Shown: one piece after another, positions 1 to 15,526 of the stretch
How the letters are laid out: each line of letters starts with the position of its first letter
How positions within the stretch are numbered: position 1 is the stretch's first letter
Assembly (NCBI GenBank): GCA_021613535.1
Contig: CP075492.1
Coordinates: forward strand, 10,230,001 to 10,294,000
Source of the DNA: Adineta vaga
Lineage: Eukaryota > Animalia > Rotifera
DNA: 64,000 nt
Direction of reading: 5' to 3'
Translations under genes and position numbers: made by a program
Notes under the pieces: generated by a model
What the model saw: the letters and a program-made list of their open reading frames with translations, nothing else
What the model was told of the DNA's origin: nothing
Databases searched by the model: none

Positions 1-3000
1 AAATGAACTGTTCTCCCTTAGGATACGATGATGAATGATTAGACATGTCTATAATCGCAATTGTTTCTTTCCGGAAATCACTTTTCAACACCTTCTGTAT
101 ACATTTCGATATCTTCGCATTACACAAGACGTTCGATCCTTGTATACTTTTCTAAGCCTTTTTCCTACATATATTTTATGTACATAGTGACTTCTTCGAT
201 AGGTTTCAATCATCATCGTCTTATTTGATTAACATCTTGACACGAACGTGTGTCTTCTCTTTACTGAATTAGCGAATGTACATATATACATATATGTATA
301 CACTCCAATCATCATCACCATCCTTGATGAACAGCGATAAGAACATGATGTTTCACTCCACATCTAGTTGACACGCAATCGGAAGAAAATGTGGGAAAAT
401 TCACTTCGCTCCCATAATCACATCATTATCATCAGCTAAGTTACTTAGCATTTGTACCTACAAGCAATTCCTAATACATTTTTTTCTTCGTGATGCATTT
501 CAAAATGAATGATAACCTTTTATGCTGATCATTATTTATTATCGAATATGAAATGATTTAACCAGATGAAAGTGAAATGATATTTAATACTTTAGTCTGT
601 CGAAGTCGAGAAGTTGCTTTTTTAATGAAATCGAGTATGTTGATGTTAATGTTTGCCTCGCGGTAAAACACATAATAAACATCAAGACAATAAAAAGAAG
701 AAGAAGAAGAAGAAGGAAAAAACTGACCACAAACTGAGCTGCACACATGCATATCATCAGAATCATATTCTTCCCGCACCTGTATTGGCTCAATAGACAC
801 TTATATGAGCAATGAAACGAAACGTGAGGAATAAAAAGAAAATGTCAACGTAATGTGCGCATAGTTCGTTTGATGTGTCAAGTACCACAAGGACTAATGA
901 ACTCAAAAGAGCAATGCAGCACTACTCATATGTATATGCATGCCTGATCTTGTTAAAGAAACGAGTCATTGCTCAATGAAGAGCTTAGACTTTCTAAGAA
1001 GATTTTTCTCCTTCAAAATTACATCTCCTTGTCAATATCAACGATCAATCGCATATCCTCAGGGGTGGTTAAGTCGGTTTGTCGACATCTGATTTTTATA
1101 ATTGATAAAACAACAAAAACATCGGGTGTGAAGCCAATAAACTCTGCCTCTTTCTCCCCTAGAAGCTAACTAAACATCTCCGCATGTCAATGATCTTCGT
1201 ATCGAATAAATTAGAAAAAAAAACACAGAAAATTCTAAATGTACTTACGTTTAAGACTACAACGAACCGTTACTGATGTTGATTTGCCATTTTCTTTTAT
1301 ATAACGAAAACGAATTTTTCTCATTGTGTATCGATCAGTAGTTCGTTGTGTTGGATGATTGTACAAGTTAATGATGTGAGAGATATATTCAATCTATCTG
1401 TTAGACAAGTAAACGATCGGAAGAGATGGGAAGAATGAGAGAAGGAGAGAGAAAGCGAAAGAGATGATGATTAAATAACACGAGCCAATACGAGAATAAA
1501 TAGGATCAGCGCATGAAGAGGAGAGAGAGAGAGAGAGGAGAGGAAAGAAAAAAAACGAATTTTTTCGTTCGATTCTGTTCCAGTAGACAGACGAGAATGA
1601 TGATGAGTTTTTTCCAAGCGAATGAACATGATACCTCATGCTGAGAGAGTCGAAAAATCAACAATCAACTTCATCAATTGAATTGAAAGAGAATGAGACG
1701 AGAAGCAACGTTCTCGGGTAACCACTTTATCGAACCAACGGTATCCTTTCCCTTGCAAACAAACCTCATTTCCGTGATATAAATACAGGCGGAGATTTTT
1801 CAATATGCATCAACACCTTTTTATTGTTCTGAAGTGGAACTTGTAACCTGAGAGCTCGAGGGAAGAGCATAAAATTTTACTAAATTCAATTTTGATTTTT
1901 CAATCAATATCAGATATGATCAATATAGAACAATTCCATAGAGATTTAGTGCTAGTTTAACAGATGGTCACATGTACGAATCATTTAAAACAACAATCTG
2001 ATCATATCAATGGGCAATTGAACATGATTCAGTTTGTTCAGGTTAAATGATTGGTCATTAGAGAATTTAACCTACTGGAAAATTAGGTTATCACGTGAAA
2101 TTTGTGTTTCAATCGATAAAGAAAAAAAAATCGTTATTTCGAATGAGATTTATACACATAGAAGAAAAATAATCTAATTTTTCAAATTATGAAGATTACA
2201 CTTTTGAATAGAAAATCTTCATACAAGATGAGATATCTCTTAGATCCACGTATGTCAACTGGCTACACTATTGACATTTCTATAACCTCGATGCTTTTTC
2301 AATCAAGTCGATCGTATGTAGTTTGTTTTATTAATCTTTGATGTTTTATTTTGTTTAGCATGCAGTTTTATGTCTCTCTATAGAAGATTGAGTGTGATAT
2401 CTATCTTTATATCTATCTACATGTGTCAATCAAATTCAACTAATGTCGTTACTTTTCTCTCAGATTCAATCGATTTTCTGAATGAAGATTGTATTAATGT
2501 ATGTGAATCACGTCTATTCCTGATAGATATGATGTATGATTGAACCCACAGTTTGAAATATTGTCATGCTACTCAGACAATTTCCAAAGCTATATCAATT
2601 CAACTGATTGATCTACACAGAATATTAAACATTCTGCATCAAAGATGAAATCACAGTTGTTAACGATTTCGTCCAATTACTAGAATGCGAAACGAAGGCA
2701 CATTTCAACTATGTCATATAGAGTGAGATCATATACATACGCAAGTGTTGATGAATTGAACAAGATCAAAACGATTCGTTTATTGAAGAGTACTTATATT
2801 TTGGAGACATTCGTAAGAGATAATGGAATGTTACCATCGTATTTATCAAAAAAAGATAATGTTTTTCATAATCTGTAACTGTGTGATCAGTTTGTACGAT
2901 TCATCAAAAATAACATCCAAGTGTGAAAACTCGACTCTGTTTTAGTTATGAAAGATATATTAAATCATACGAGAACGTTACTTCCAAATGAAATAATTAC

Positions 3001-3648
3001 TCCTTAAATAATCTATTATCAGTATTGAAGATGATTATTTGATAAGCCTTGTCAACACATTCTGTCCACTCGCAAGGTGCTATCACATTTTATCTAATAA
3101 TATCATGATACTACATCATTAGAGTCATTTCTGTGGCATCTTAGATGAAAAGAACACCTATATGAAAGTGCTAAATTTATCAAAAGACAAAGAGTGCTCA
3201 TACCTTTTAAATTTCGATATCATAATTTTCTTTCACGCTAGCTATGACTTCTCTACTGATATTGCATACAGTAATCTGTCTGATTTTCTATTTAAAGAAA
3301 GTTATAGAAATCCACAATATGATATAAAAATGAGTGCGTAGATAGAGTATGTATCAAATACAATTGTAAATGATCGTTGATCTACTTAATGAATACTATA
3401 CATAAACGATTGTAGTGAATAATTAACATGCATTGAAGATATAGGAAGAAATATGAATTTACGGTATTAGGATGAAACGTAAAAATCTCGTTTATACGAT
3501 AAAAACTAGATGTCACTATAAACCAGTCATTCTACAAAGTCTTGTGAGGTAGCGCTATTTCATTGATGGTCGATTACTTCAACTGACTTTTAATCACATC
3601 ACAATCTCGATATCAATATCATATTCGATCTGAAGATCGAGTAAAATA

Positions 3649-6600
3649 ATGCATCGATATCGACATTTCGATGATGTAATTGATACGATGAATTCCAATA
3701 CCGCAGCTATTTTACCAGAAATTGATAATGATGAACCATTTCAAGTGCAATTTACTCCTCAACTCAATAATTATGCTTCGAATTTTCAAAAATTGAAATA
3801 TTTTTTTTCACAACGTACACGCCTTGAACGATTTCTTATTTATCTAATTTTTCTTTTACTTCTCGTTTTATTTATTATAACTCTGGTATCTCTCTATCAT
3901 TCAAATCGAAAATTTAAATCTGACGATGTATTATGCTTAACTCCAGCATGTATTCAAGTATCGTATACATTATCTTCGGGCATGAATCAATCCGCTGACC
4001 CATGCGAAGATTTCCATCAATTTGTATGCGGTAATTGGATTCATAAAAATATTATACCAAAGGGTCAATCTGGATGGTCAACATTGAAAGAAATAACACG
4101 AAAAAATACGATTATTTTAAAAAATATTCTCGAACAAACATCAATCTCATCATTGAATAATGCTGAACAAGATGCAATCAAATACTATCGATCATGTATG
4201 AATGTAACTGAAATCGAACGAATTAATTTAGAACCAGTAGAAAAATTTTTGGAAAAAAATCTCAATTTTACTCTTAAAGAATGGATTAATATCAATAAAA
4301 CACAAACTTGGCAACAATTATTCATTCGTTTCAGAAATAGTCTTACGACATCATATCACTTTTCATATGTTTTACCGATTGGAATTGATTCGGATGAGAA
4401 AAATTCAAGCTGGAATAATATTCATGTGAGTTATTCGAATACATGATAATTTTTTAGTCTGATTTTATTTTTTATCGAAGATCGGACAATCACAACTTGG
4501 TTTGAATAGTCGTGATTATTATATCAATTCCACAACGGATAGTCAATCAAATGCAAGAAATCAAAAAGTAAAGTGTTCCATAAATAATCTGTACAAATTA
4601 CATTAATCGATTTTATTTAGATAATGGAAAGTTATGAAAAAGTCGGTTCAGATGTTTTACAATTACTTGGATTTAATAAAGATGATTCAATCAAACGTAT
4701 GAAAAATATTATTCAATTCGAAAAAGAATTAGCAATGATCAATTGTAAGTTATTATTAAATGCAACTACTAAAATGAATGTCTAACAATACTGTGCTTTT
4801 CATATTCAGTAGACGTAATGAAGAATGAGAGATCTTTTTAGATTAATTTATATACCGTAAAATGATTCGTCTACAGATGCCTTTCCTAAAGATGCTGATC
4901 ATTTCTTGTTCTTATAATTTCATATAAGAATGCATTTGGGAAATATAAGAATAAAGAAGCTTACACAAAGGGTGTATTGATGAATAATGAATTGACATTC
5001 TCGCTAGTTATTCAATCGTTTCAGTACACTATTCAAATATTACTCTAGTTTCATGTTGAATAGATTAATTTTGATTACACACCGTAAATATCACATACGG
5101 AACTATATCGTTTCCATTTTACGACATAATCAATTTATTAGGATATTATATTCTTCAATTTATTTTACACATAATCAAAACTTTAATATATTGCTTCATA
5201 ATTGAAAATCTAGTAATAAAAAAAGATAATATAGAGTTCATATTTTTATTATTTATTTGTTATTCAATAGAGAAGAGATGATCAATATACGAAAAAAGTA
5301 TATCTAAAGTTTTATACTATTGGTGATCGGTTTATATTAGTTTATTCTACACATTTTCACAGTAGACTAAAGTTTTACTCCGAATCGATTTGATATAGAT
5401 TAATCATATATTTCAGAAAATAGATATGCACTTTTCAATCGATTCAATGTAAAATATTAGTACAAATATACGTTCCAATTTCTGCACATTCCGTAGTACG
5501 ATTTGGGAATGGTTTCCTTTGTTCTAATTCGAATTTTTTTGTTATATATTCAGTACCCATGGAAATCCTTCAAAAACCTAATGAAACATATTATTTAATG
5601 TCAATCAAACAACTTCAAGATCAGTATCAATCGATTGGTTGGGATATCACCTCCTATTTCAATAAAATGCTCAATCTAAACGTATCAAATCCAATCAAAC
5701 TCGATAATAACGATCAAGTTATTGTTTTATCACTTGATCTGATGACAAAAGTCTCTCAAATTCTTACCACATATCTATTAGAACCAGATAGAAGTCATAT
5801 TGTTATCGATTATATTCTATTCTCATTAATCACAGATTTCACTGAACATTTACCACCAATATTTGAGGAAGCTGTTCTACCATTAAAAAGAGAGCTGCTT
5901 GGAAAAGATTCGATACCGGAGCGTTGGGAATATTGTGTAAAGAAAACCGATGGTGCATTTGGTTTTGGATTGGGTAAGATTGAGAAAGAATAATATTTGA
6001 ATTTTAAAACATAATAGTCTATATTTTAGGCGTCTTATATGTCAATGCAGCGTTTGGCGAAACTGATCGAATGAAAGCAAATGAATTGATTAGAAATATT
6101 CGTGAAATTTTCAAAGATAATCTTAATAAACTTCAATGGATTGATGAACAATCAAGAAATGAAGCAACGAAAAAATTAGAGAAAATTTATCAAAAAGTTG
6201 GTTATCCTGATTTTATTAAAAATCAGACAAAACTAAATGAATGGTTAGTTTAAATTACAACTATGATGATAAAAATGATTGTTTAATTGAAGGTATGCTG
6301 GTTTTTCGATGAGTGAAAATGAATATTTTAACAATGAAATAAAAGTCATAAATCGAGAACGTCGACGAACATTACTACAATATCGACAAAAAGTTGATCG
6401 CTCTACGTAAGAGAAGAGATTCTATAGCCGAAGGAAAACAATTATTAATATATCAATTGTTTATTTAGATGGGGTATGACACCACGAACAGTAAATGCTT
6501 ATTATAATCCTTCTGCAAATGAAATCGTGTTTCCTGCGGGAATTTTACAACCACCACTTTTTCATAAAGATCTTCCAATTGCAATTAATTATGGAGCAAT

Positions 6601-7292
6601 TGGATCAGTAATCGGACATGAAATAACTCATGGTTTTGATAATCAAGGTAGAGAATATGATGCTGATGGTATGATGCGTTCATGGTGGACGAAATTTGCA
6701 ATGGAAAATTTCGAAGAAAAAACGAAATGTTTTGTGAAACAATATGGAAGCTTTTCATTAGATGGACAAAATGAAAATGGACAAAGAACATTAGGTTTGT
6801 GTTCGAGAAAAATGTTTACTTTTAAAATCTAGATAGAACTGAGTTTCATAAGATCATTACGATTTTCTAAAAATTAGTTGTAATTGTATGTCTATGTGTT
6901 ATAGGTGAAAATATTGCTGATAATGGTGGTTTGAAAATATCCTACTTTGCTTATCAAAAACTTAAACAAAATCTGCCAAATAATGATCATAATCTTCGTC
7001 TTCCCGGCTTAGATTATGACACTGATCAATTATTTTTTGTTGCATTTGCGCACGTATGATACTGTTCAATATTTCATTTCGAAAGCAATATTCGTGTTTG
7101 TGTTATTTTGATTAGAGTTGGTGTGATATTGAAACGACCAATGCCATGCATTTTGATTTAATCAATGATCCACATTCTCCAGCTCGATTTCGTATCATAG
7201 GTACCTTACAAAACAGTGATGAATTTGTTAAGGCGTTTAAATGTCAATCCAGAACAATGATGAATCCAAGTAATAAATGTCAATTATGGTAA
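3649..7292 (+). CDS. Neprilysin / endothelin-converting-enzyme-like M13 metallopeptidase (type II membrane protein, 9 exons)
   Basis: Short cytoplasmic N-terminus and TM helix, then CLTPAC...[19 protein letters not shown], zinc motif [14 protein letters not shown] (exon from 6905), HSPARFR and C-terminal CQLW* (TAA 7290-7292). GT-AG introns join the ORFs at 3649, 5559, 6071 and 6476. Confidence 0.95.
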
Positions 7293-7439
7293 TCCTTTAA
7301 ATTCAATTCTTTGTTTTTGAATTTTTAATGTTAATTTTCACCAAAAGAAATCTATTTATTCGATCTGTATGCTTTATTTGTTTTGTTTCTATAATAATTG
7401 TTTTTAAAACTAAAATCAATAATCTTCTGTTTTTTTCAG

Positions 7440-10400
7440 ATGATACCGAACGAAAAAACTTCTAGTGTTAGTCGACAAGAATTTATAGATCTACTCTGTC
7501 GAATAACGAAATCAAGCGATGAAATGCCAACGGCGGCGGCGATGACAGCTACTAATGATCAGACGAATGAACCTGAAATAACGATTGTTGATGATACTCC
7601 AACAATAGAAGAAGGAGAAATAATTACACTAGATGACGATGATAAAACAACGAATAAAAATGAAGTAGAAGATGGAGAAATAACTGGATCAAATGAATCC
7701 GATGTATGTATGAAAATTTCAAATTTCGGAATATGTATGAACGGACTTTTATTGTTTATTATAGAATGATGACATTGAAGAGCTCAATTTACGTTTAAAT
7801 GCCTTACGATCTTTACCAGGAGCGAAAGAACAAAGACGACCAAAACCTACAAGTAGAAACTTATGTCATATGTTCGCTTTCGTGATCTACATTTTCATTA
7901 AATTTAGAATTCAAACCAAGACGCAAACGATTCAATGATACTAATCGATATGTAACCGATGATATTGATTTACGTTCCCCAAGTAAATATCGTTCCTCTC
8001 GTCATTTAAGTCAAACATCTAATCATGATGATCGAGAATATTTACTCGACAAAGATTATCGTCAACCTAGTGTTTTTGATATGCTTCTATCCCTTATCTC
8101 GCCTGATAATAATAATAATAATAGTACTAGCAATAATAACAAAAAATTTCATGATAACTATGATATTCTACAAATGGATATCGATGATCAACCTATTCCA
8201 CCACCTCTTCCACCGCCGCTGCCACTTCCACCTTTGCCACCAAATCATCTATCATTTTATGATCCATTACCACCACTTCCTCCACCGCCACCATCCTTAT
8301 TCAATATGTTTCCGACAAATCAAACATTTCCATCAACAAATTGGCCAAGACCAAATTTTGTTCAACAATCAACTATACCTCCTCCTCTTCCTACTGACTT
8401 GTGGGCACAATCATTTCATAATTCAACTGATATTGATCTTCGCGTGCCACCAGTTAACAATCAACATCTTCCACTACCTCAAATCAATGAGCATGCACCA
8501 CATAGAAAAGTATCAGCACAACAAAGACGGCATCGTCCGAAAAAGCTTTCGAAAAAACATCATCGTCGTCATGAATCAAAACGTCAATCACCTGTAGCGA
8601 TTCCTATTACAACAAATCATAAAGAAAAAGAACGTGAATCGTCACCATCAATAATTAATCATGATGATAATGATGATAATGAAGAAGAACGTTTATTACG
8701 TGAAGAACTTCTGCGAACGATATCAAGTAAACGTAAAGTTAAAATTATTCAACTACCAGATCCTGAACCAGAACGTATTGTGACTATCGAACCAGTTACT
8801 TCACCATCTCCACCTCCACCACCACCGACTGTGATTCAACCAATTTCAATCGTAGTAAAAAAAACAGTACAAACGAAACCTATATCGCAGTATACAATTA
8901 ATCAGCGATATAAACGTGTCAAAGCTAATGTATCATCGACGAATGTTACTAATAAAACAGAAACGGCAATGGTGGTTCGAGCGAATACACAACCCGTTTT
9001 TCAAACACGAAATAAAATTGTTCGTGCTGTAAGTATTTTCATACAGTTTTCTTTGTAATTTATACGAGAATCATCATTCCATCTTCAGCCTGAATCTGAT
9101 CTTACTGATCTTCCACAATCGAATCCAATTATCATTACCTTCGATGATCAAACAACAGATGATGAAGAACAGCAATCAACAGTGAAATCAACATCTGAAT
9201 CAACGTATATAATTTCCGATGAAGAACGACAAGCTATCAAACGATTACAACAATTGCAAGAGGAAGTAATTCGACGATCGAATACTATCGAATCGTCATC
9301 AAAACCAGTAGTACCAAAAGTGCAAACACCATCGATAGAACCTATTCAAGAAGCAATACCATCGACAGATGAATTGAGTGCTCTATTTGAAAAACGGTAT
9401 GTAGAAATTCTAGTTGAATTGTTATCCATGAAATAGTCTTCTTATCTCATTTCAGACGAATGTTACTTAATGAACGATCAAAATATGGTGATATTCAAGA
9501 GAAAGTGAAAAAGAAGAAATTAGAAAACGGTCTTTTAGCACGTGATGTCGAACGATTAGAAGAACAATTAGCCACAAAAAAAGCACAAATTGTAAATAAT
9601 AACTTACGATTACAGTATTGGCAAAAGGAGGTACATATACAGTTTCTTTCTTCATCGAAATCATCTGAATTCTTTGTTTTAATAAAGGCTATGGCTATCG
9701 CACAAAATATCAAACAACAAGAAGATTTAATTTTACAATCTGCTGTGTTCAAATCAGTCAAACCAGTTAGTATTACAAACTAATTCTGATTTATAAACAT
9801 CTTCTCTTCTAGACTCCATTACCTGCTGTCAAACCTCGATCAACCATTGAATTTGATTATGCTAACATTTCTCATGTCTTCGAAGAAAACACCGTAAGTA
9901 CACTTAAACATCCACCATGTTTGGAATCTTTCTATAATTTCTTCTTGAAATATTTTAGACACAGATGTTATTAGCAGTACTTATTTGTCCTTTGAATCTT
10001 TATCAAAAGCTTCGTCCATACCATGTGTGGTTGGATAGAGTGTCCAAAAAGATTCCACAAGTAATTTATTCTCATTAGTTAATTTACTTAGGAAAATATT
10101 TATGTTTCTTTTAGTCACCTACAATTGATAATTCTTGTTTATTACTTCGAACACGTTCGTAAGTACATAAACCTGGTTGATATGTTTGTTTTTTTGTTTT
10201 TATTTTCATAGTTTTTCTACCAAAGATAATGAACAGTGTTGGAAAACGTTTACAATCCTATTTTATTGATATTAATCAAATTCTTTGTCCCTATGAACTT
10301 CAAGGATCATGTAAAGCACAAACTTGTATTTAGTAAGTCAAAATGATGATTGAAACTAATCTAAATTTTTTTTATCATTAGTCAACATCAACATCAAATT

Positions 10401-13255
10401 TCTAGTCGAATTGATCAATTTCTTTCGTCGAAATATTTCGATGAGAAAAATAAACAAAGTTTGTTTCGAAATTTCTAATTTCTGAACGAGTAATTTTGTT
10501 TTTTCCTATTAGAATTTTTGAATCAAATTACAAGTTTATGTTCGTTACAATCATTTGATATTGATTTTTCCTTATTAGAAAAGAAAATTAGTGAACAACA
10601 ATATCAACGTTGTAAGTTATGAATAGAGTTTTGATCATCATATTTCTTTTCATTATTAGGTCGAACTAAACTCGATCGATATCTTGCCATTTATCATGAA
10701 GATTTTCGATATTTTCGAGATCAAACAAATCATGACAATCAATCATTGATTCATCCAATTTTACAAAGTGTATCAAATCAACTTGATTCGTATGTGAAAT
10801 TTGATGAATCTAATCACCACTCATACGAAACGAGATTCGTTTATTTAGTGATGATTTTTCTCTTGAACGTGCTGTTGCTGATTTAGTAGAAGGTCTTGAA
10901 TCTCAACGAACAAATGCTCAACTATGGTGTCTCTACTTGGAATTTTGCAGTTGGCATATGTCATCTACTGAATTGCAACATTTATGTTTAGCTGCATTAA
11001 AAAATGCTCAAAGTTATGATTTATTCTGGACGGTAAATTGAAGAAAAAACGAATCTATTGTTACTTTTCATCAAACAAATATTTCTTTCTTTTTCTGAAT
11101 TAGGTTTTCTATTTATGTACCAATAATTTAGAAGAATTAATTTCTATTTATTTTACATTTCTAAAATCAGATGAATTTGATTTTCATAATCGATCATATG
11201 CTCTATGTGAATTAGCTATGTTTCATGCAAATTTATCATCGAATAGTGATGAAATAATCAAAGTATGACAAAAAAAAACAAAAGTTCAATATTTTAGTTT
11301 AAGATCAACTTGTATATTTTTAGAATTATCTATCGAATTCTTTTCTGGAAAATCAACATCGAGTCTATCTTGTCTTAGTTCTATTGTATATATTTGCATT
11401 TGGTTCATTTCCTCGAATACTCTATCAACAAATGGATGAAAATCGTTTCGAAAAACAAACATATGTTCGTAGATTAAATTCACATCTTATTCGAATGATC
11501 AAATCAAATATGCTTTGTTTTAGATTGAACCATTTATTTGTCCATGGAATGTATTATTAACATATACACATTCACAAAATGAAATTGATCAATTATTTGA
11601 TGATTTTATGAATCCATTAGAATTATCAGAGAGTAATTTAGCGTTGTATATTAATAAAATACATTATTTCAATGCAACGAAAAGGTTTGAATGATTTTAT
11701 TTACTATTCGAATTGAATTTCATGATGTATCTATAGATTTAATCAATCAAAGTTGTATATTGAAACATTACTCGAAGCATTTCCATGTTCAATGGATCTT
11801 TGGATTGAACTTTTAATGAATCCGGAACTATCTCAACAGATACCTGAAGTATGATTTTTTATAAAACTTCTGAAAACTATACTCTTTTTGTTTTTCTTCT
11901 TTCTAGACACTTGAGCGTGCACGAAAAACCACTGGAATCTATTATGAATTCATCTATTCATTGGTAAGATCATCATCATTCAAGAAATGCATATATTTTC
12001 ATTACTGATGACAAATAATCCAATAAATTTGTTCAATAGAAAAGCAAAAGCAAAGATTAATCAGCACTGTGAATCTATGAATTTCTTGAATGATGAATTC
12101 TGTTTAAATTGAAATCATTTATTCAATATATATATATATATATTCTAGTCTTCATCTATGAATATTCAACAATTTTTCATCAATGATATCATTCCAACAA
12201 AAACACATCGTGAAAAATTCTTTTCTGATCTTTGTCATTTGTTGTGCGAAGTTTTATTTTAATTGATTTCAGAATCGTAAGTGAAATGTTGTATATCTTA
12301 ATTTACAGGTTGGATACAAATATTGAACTGAAAGAAAAGAAAATCGAACAGAATCTTCTCCGATCCAATGGTGAATTACGTGATATAGCCATTCTTGAGT
12401 AAATGATTGTTTGATTTTTTAATCATATTTTGTTAAATGATACCTTTGGTTTTTAGTATACTTCTTCATTCATCAGATTTCTCAAGTGATATTCAACAGA
12501 AATTAATCTATAAAGTTTTGAATTATTTATTAACATATGATGAGCAACAGAGAATATTAATTGTCTATTCATTCTTTCGAATGATTGATATTGGTCGTGT
12601 TTTGGATATTGTTATCGATTGTTTTCTTTCCACAAATTTCGATCGATATGAATGGATATTCAAATCGTAAGATTTGCTTTTTTCGAAAAGAATCTCATTC
12701 GAAAATTAACTTGTTTAGATTTACCTATCGTTTGTTAGAAGTTTTCAAAAACAAAGAACGAAATACTTTAATATGGACTCGATTCGATGCTTTTACGAAA
12801 CAATTGATAAATAATACTCGATGTCAGGAGATCTATGTCACGTATGTGAAATTTATTCCATCAGGTAAGCATTATTTCCGTGTTCATTTTTCTTCTTTTG
12901 CTTAGTATCCTTCAACGACTAATAACTTCGATGGAAGATAAAACTAAGGTAAATAATTGTAGGCTATGTTTGTGAAATGAGGCGTTTTTTCGATTTGATT
13001 GTAATTTATGAAGAACAGAGGAAATATCTTGCTCCTTTTCATAAATCAATCAAATCGAAAAAAATGCATAGTATGATTAAAATCTATTTCTTGTTTTTGT
13101 TCGTGGTTGCACTCTATTATCCATTAAAGATTGCTCGTTTATGTCGTGTCTTCGAAAAACAATTTCTCAATTGTGGCTTGATATCTCAACAACTTCGACA
13201 AAGCATATTCAATTCTACCACTAATACTGACAATGGCACAATCGTTACTTCATGA
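7440..13255 (+). CDS. ZFC3H1: ZFC3H1-like zinc finger C3H1 protein (PAXT nuclear exosome adaptor), multi-exon; 3' end uncertain
   Basis: EEGEI repeats, 'ELNLRLNALRSL' and 'LREELLRTI' motifs, a Pro-rich region and a coiled coil. Spliced zf-C3H1 DINQILCPYELQGSCKAQTCIYQH (~10268-10388). HAT-like helical repeats follow (LVEGLESQRTNAQLWCLYLEFC, ~10880-10950). The last exon(s) are ambiguous between ~12975 and 13255. Confidence 0.75.
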
Positions 13256-13979
13256 TCTCTGAGTAGAAAGAATTCAGTAGTATTGTTGATATACAGATAT
13301 ATTTCAATAGGCAGAAAAGATTTTCTTAGGCAAAAATTCTTTCTTTATACTCTTTTGTTTTTGTTTTTGTTTCTTGCATGTCTTTCAAAATAGCTCTTCA
13401 TATCAATTGGTTTACTTTTTTGCTTTGTTATTATTGATATGTATAGATAAACATATGGAAAATGTTTATTTTTGTTTTATATTTCCACTGAAGAATACAA
13501 CAAAGACACAATAAGGGTGATGTTCACTCAATCATCATTTATGTAAACGTGCGTGTGTGTGTGTATCTGTTCTTTTTTGGAAATGATGTCTTGTGAAAAC
13601 AACTATGAAAGAATAGATTTGAATAAAAATAACATCCAACAGAATCAATGATAGATTGTGATTTAATTAGATGCTTCCGTGTCACGTAAGTGATTAATAA
13701 CTGTTTTCGCCCAGAGAAAAGATCAAAAAGAAGAAGAAGAGAAAGATTGGAGAAGTTGAGGCGTTTGGAAGAATCTTCTTATCAATATGATGTATTAGAT
13801 ATTACATCTGTTCATTCGAACGGAAACTTAAGTTGATATGTGCTACGAAGAAAAAAAAAGCCATCAATAGATGTGTAACTCCGTTTTTCCTTTTGATCTG
13901 TGATCAAGTAAGTATATTTTGTTTTATTTTCGATTTTATCACGATATTCTAAATGTATAAAAAAGAGAACTGACTTAAA

Positions 13980-15526
13980 TTAAGATTTATCTTTGACGAA
14001 ATCTCGATAAAATAAATCTTGAATGTAAAGAAGAATTGCAATGGGTTGAATTAGAATAAGTGAGATCCATACAGCAATATTTCCATAGGTTTTATTTTCA
14101 TGTTTTACTCGCTGAACGACCATACCCATTGGTAATTGAACCATCATTGCTAGAAAACTCCATGGACGAATCATACGTAAAGGTACACTGATTAGATACT
14201 AAAATAAACATGGGAACTTTTCCAATAAAGATAAAAGATAGAAAAGAAGAACTTACTTCATGAAAAAATGCACTGATAGCAAAGACAACTAATGAACCGA
14301 TTAATTTATTGAAACCATATTGTGTTACTAACGGTTTATAAACATGTCGTTTACAAAAATCATGTACAGTCGTATTCCATCGATTCCAAAATTCATATAA
14401 ATCCGTTGCATTCCACCAATCACGATAGAATAATCGATCACCAAAACGTAATAATTCAGCGAGAAGATTCAATGTTGAATGAAAATACACATAGAATAAT
14501 ATTAACCAAAGAAGATGATTAGGTAGAGAAAGACGTAGAAGACGTTCGATGTTTTGTAAAGTCGAATATTGATTTAATGGTCGATCTAGTGTACGTAAAA
14601 TAGGTAAGATCCATTGTTGTCCAAGACAGTATTGTAATGAGAGAAGAACAAGAATTTCACCAAAACGTCGTAGAAGAAATCGTTTTCGAATACGTGGTGA
14701 ACGAGGAAAGTTTAATTCATAACAAAGAGTTGGAGCAACCATGAAATAATAGAGATTTTCATATGATAAATTGTTTGGATAGACAATCGGACCTTTTGAA
14801 ATGGTGACATTCTCATGCGAATCTAAATGAGAAGAAAAAGAAAGACCAAAGAAAGTTTCATTTCTAAATGATTGATAAAATCGATCAAACCATTTTTCTT
14901 TTCGAGTAGAACTTGTCGACAATAATGATTAACATGCATATATGAGAATAGTTTTAAGAATACAATTGAATAAATACAAACAGCAATAAATGCTCCAACA
15001 GGATTTGGTTGTCGATTATTAATATAGAATGCTGGAAAGATTAATATCGTACATAGATTAAGAAATTGAAAGAATACACAGTAGTTTTTTGTTTTGGAAG
15101 ACAACTGTTGAACGTGACTTAATTTAATTTCCAATGTGAATTCAAATAGAATGAAACAATTCACTAATAGAATAAGAAATACCTACAAAGTAATAGAATA
15201 GTTTCGTTTTGTTAGATCAAAATTTAACTTGAATCAACTTACGGATGGCCAATTCGTTGGATCTTGAAGAAATCTTATTGGCCAATCAAATTCAACTAAT
15301 AAACCATACTGAAGAATATTCTCTAGTACGAGTCGACAACTTCCTATTCCCAAAATAACATAGAGAAGATTGAGAAAACCTCGATAATTTTCATAACCGC
15401 TTGAGGCTGATAACAATGATGGTCTTTCTAAAATCGATCGAACAGACATTCGAACCAATAAATCGTTTTAAATAAATAAAAATAAAATATACCCTGGTGA
15501 CATGATGTATCAAGGACAGAAGTCAT
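13980..15526 (-). CDS. DGAT1: Diacylglycerol O-acyltransferase 1 (MBOAT family)
   Basis: CHQ|ERPSLLS..NYRGFLNL, KLFSYMHVN, YPNNL, APTLCYELNFPRS, FGDRLFYRDWWN, catalytic SAFFHEY. The first Met read is at 15526; an additional upstream exon cannot be excluded. Confidence 0.93.

Noticed and set aside
1-46. Possible start of a minus-strand gene (MSNHSSSYPKGEQFI) running off the left edge
   Set aside because: Only 15 codons are visible and there is no recognisable motif.
390-416. Su(H)/CSL paired-site-like TGTGGGAA...CTCCCATA
   Set aside because: The second site is degenerate and the spacing does not fit a paired site.
558-3600. Short ORFs at 558-1639 and the long gene-free stretch
   Set aside because: The ORFs come from GA/GAA simple repeats. 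No domain, transposase or terminal repeats were recognised.
8025-8597. 190-aa His-rich ORF overlapping the ZFC3H1 exon
   Set aside because: It is the alternate-frame shadow of the Pro-rich (CCA) coding sequence.
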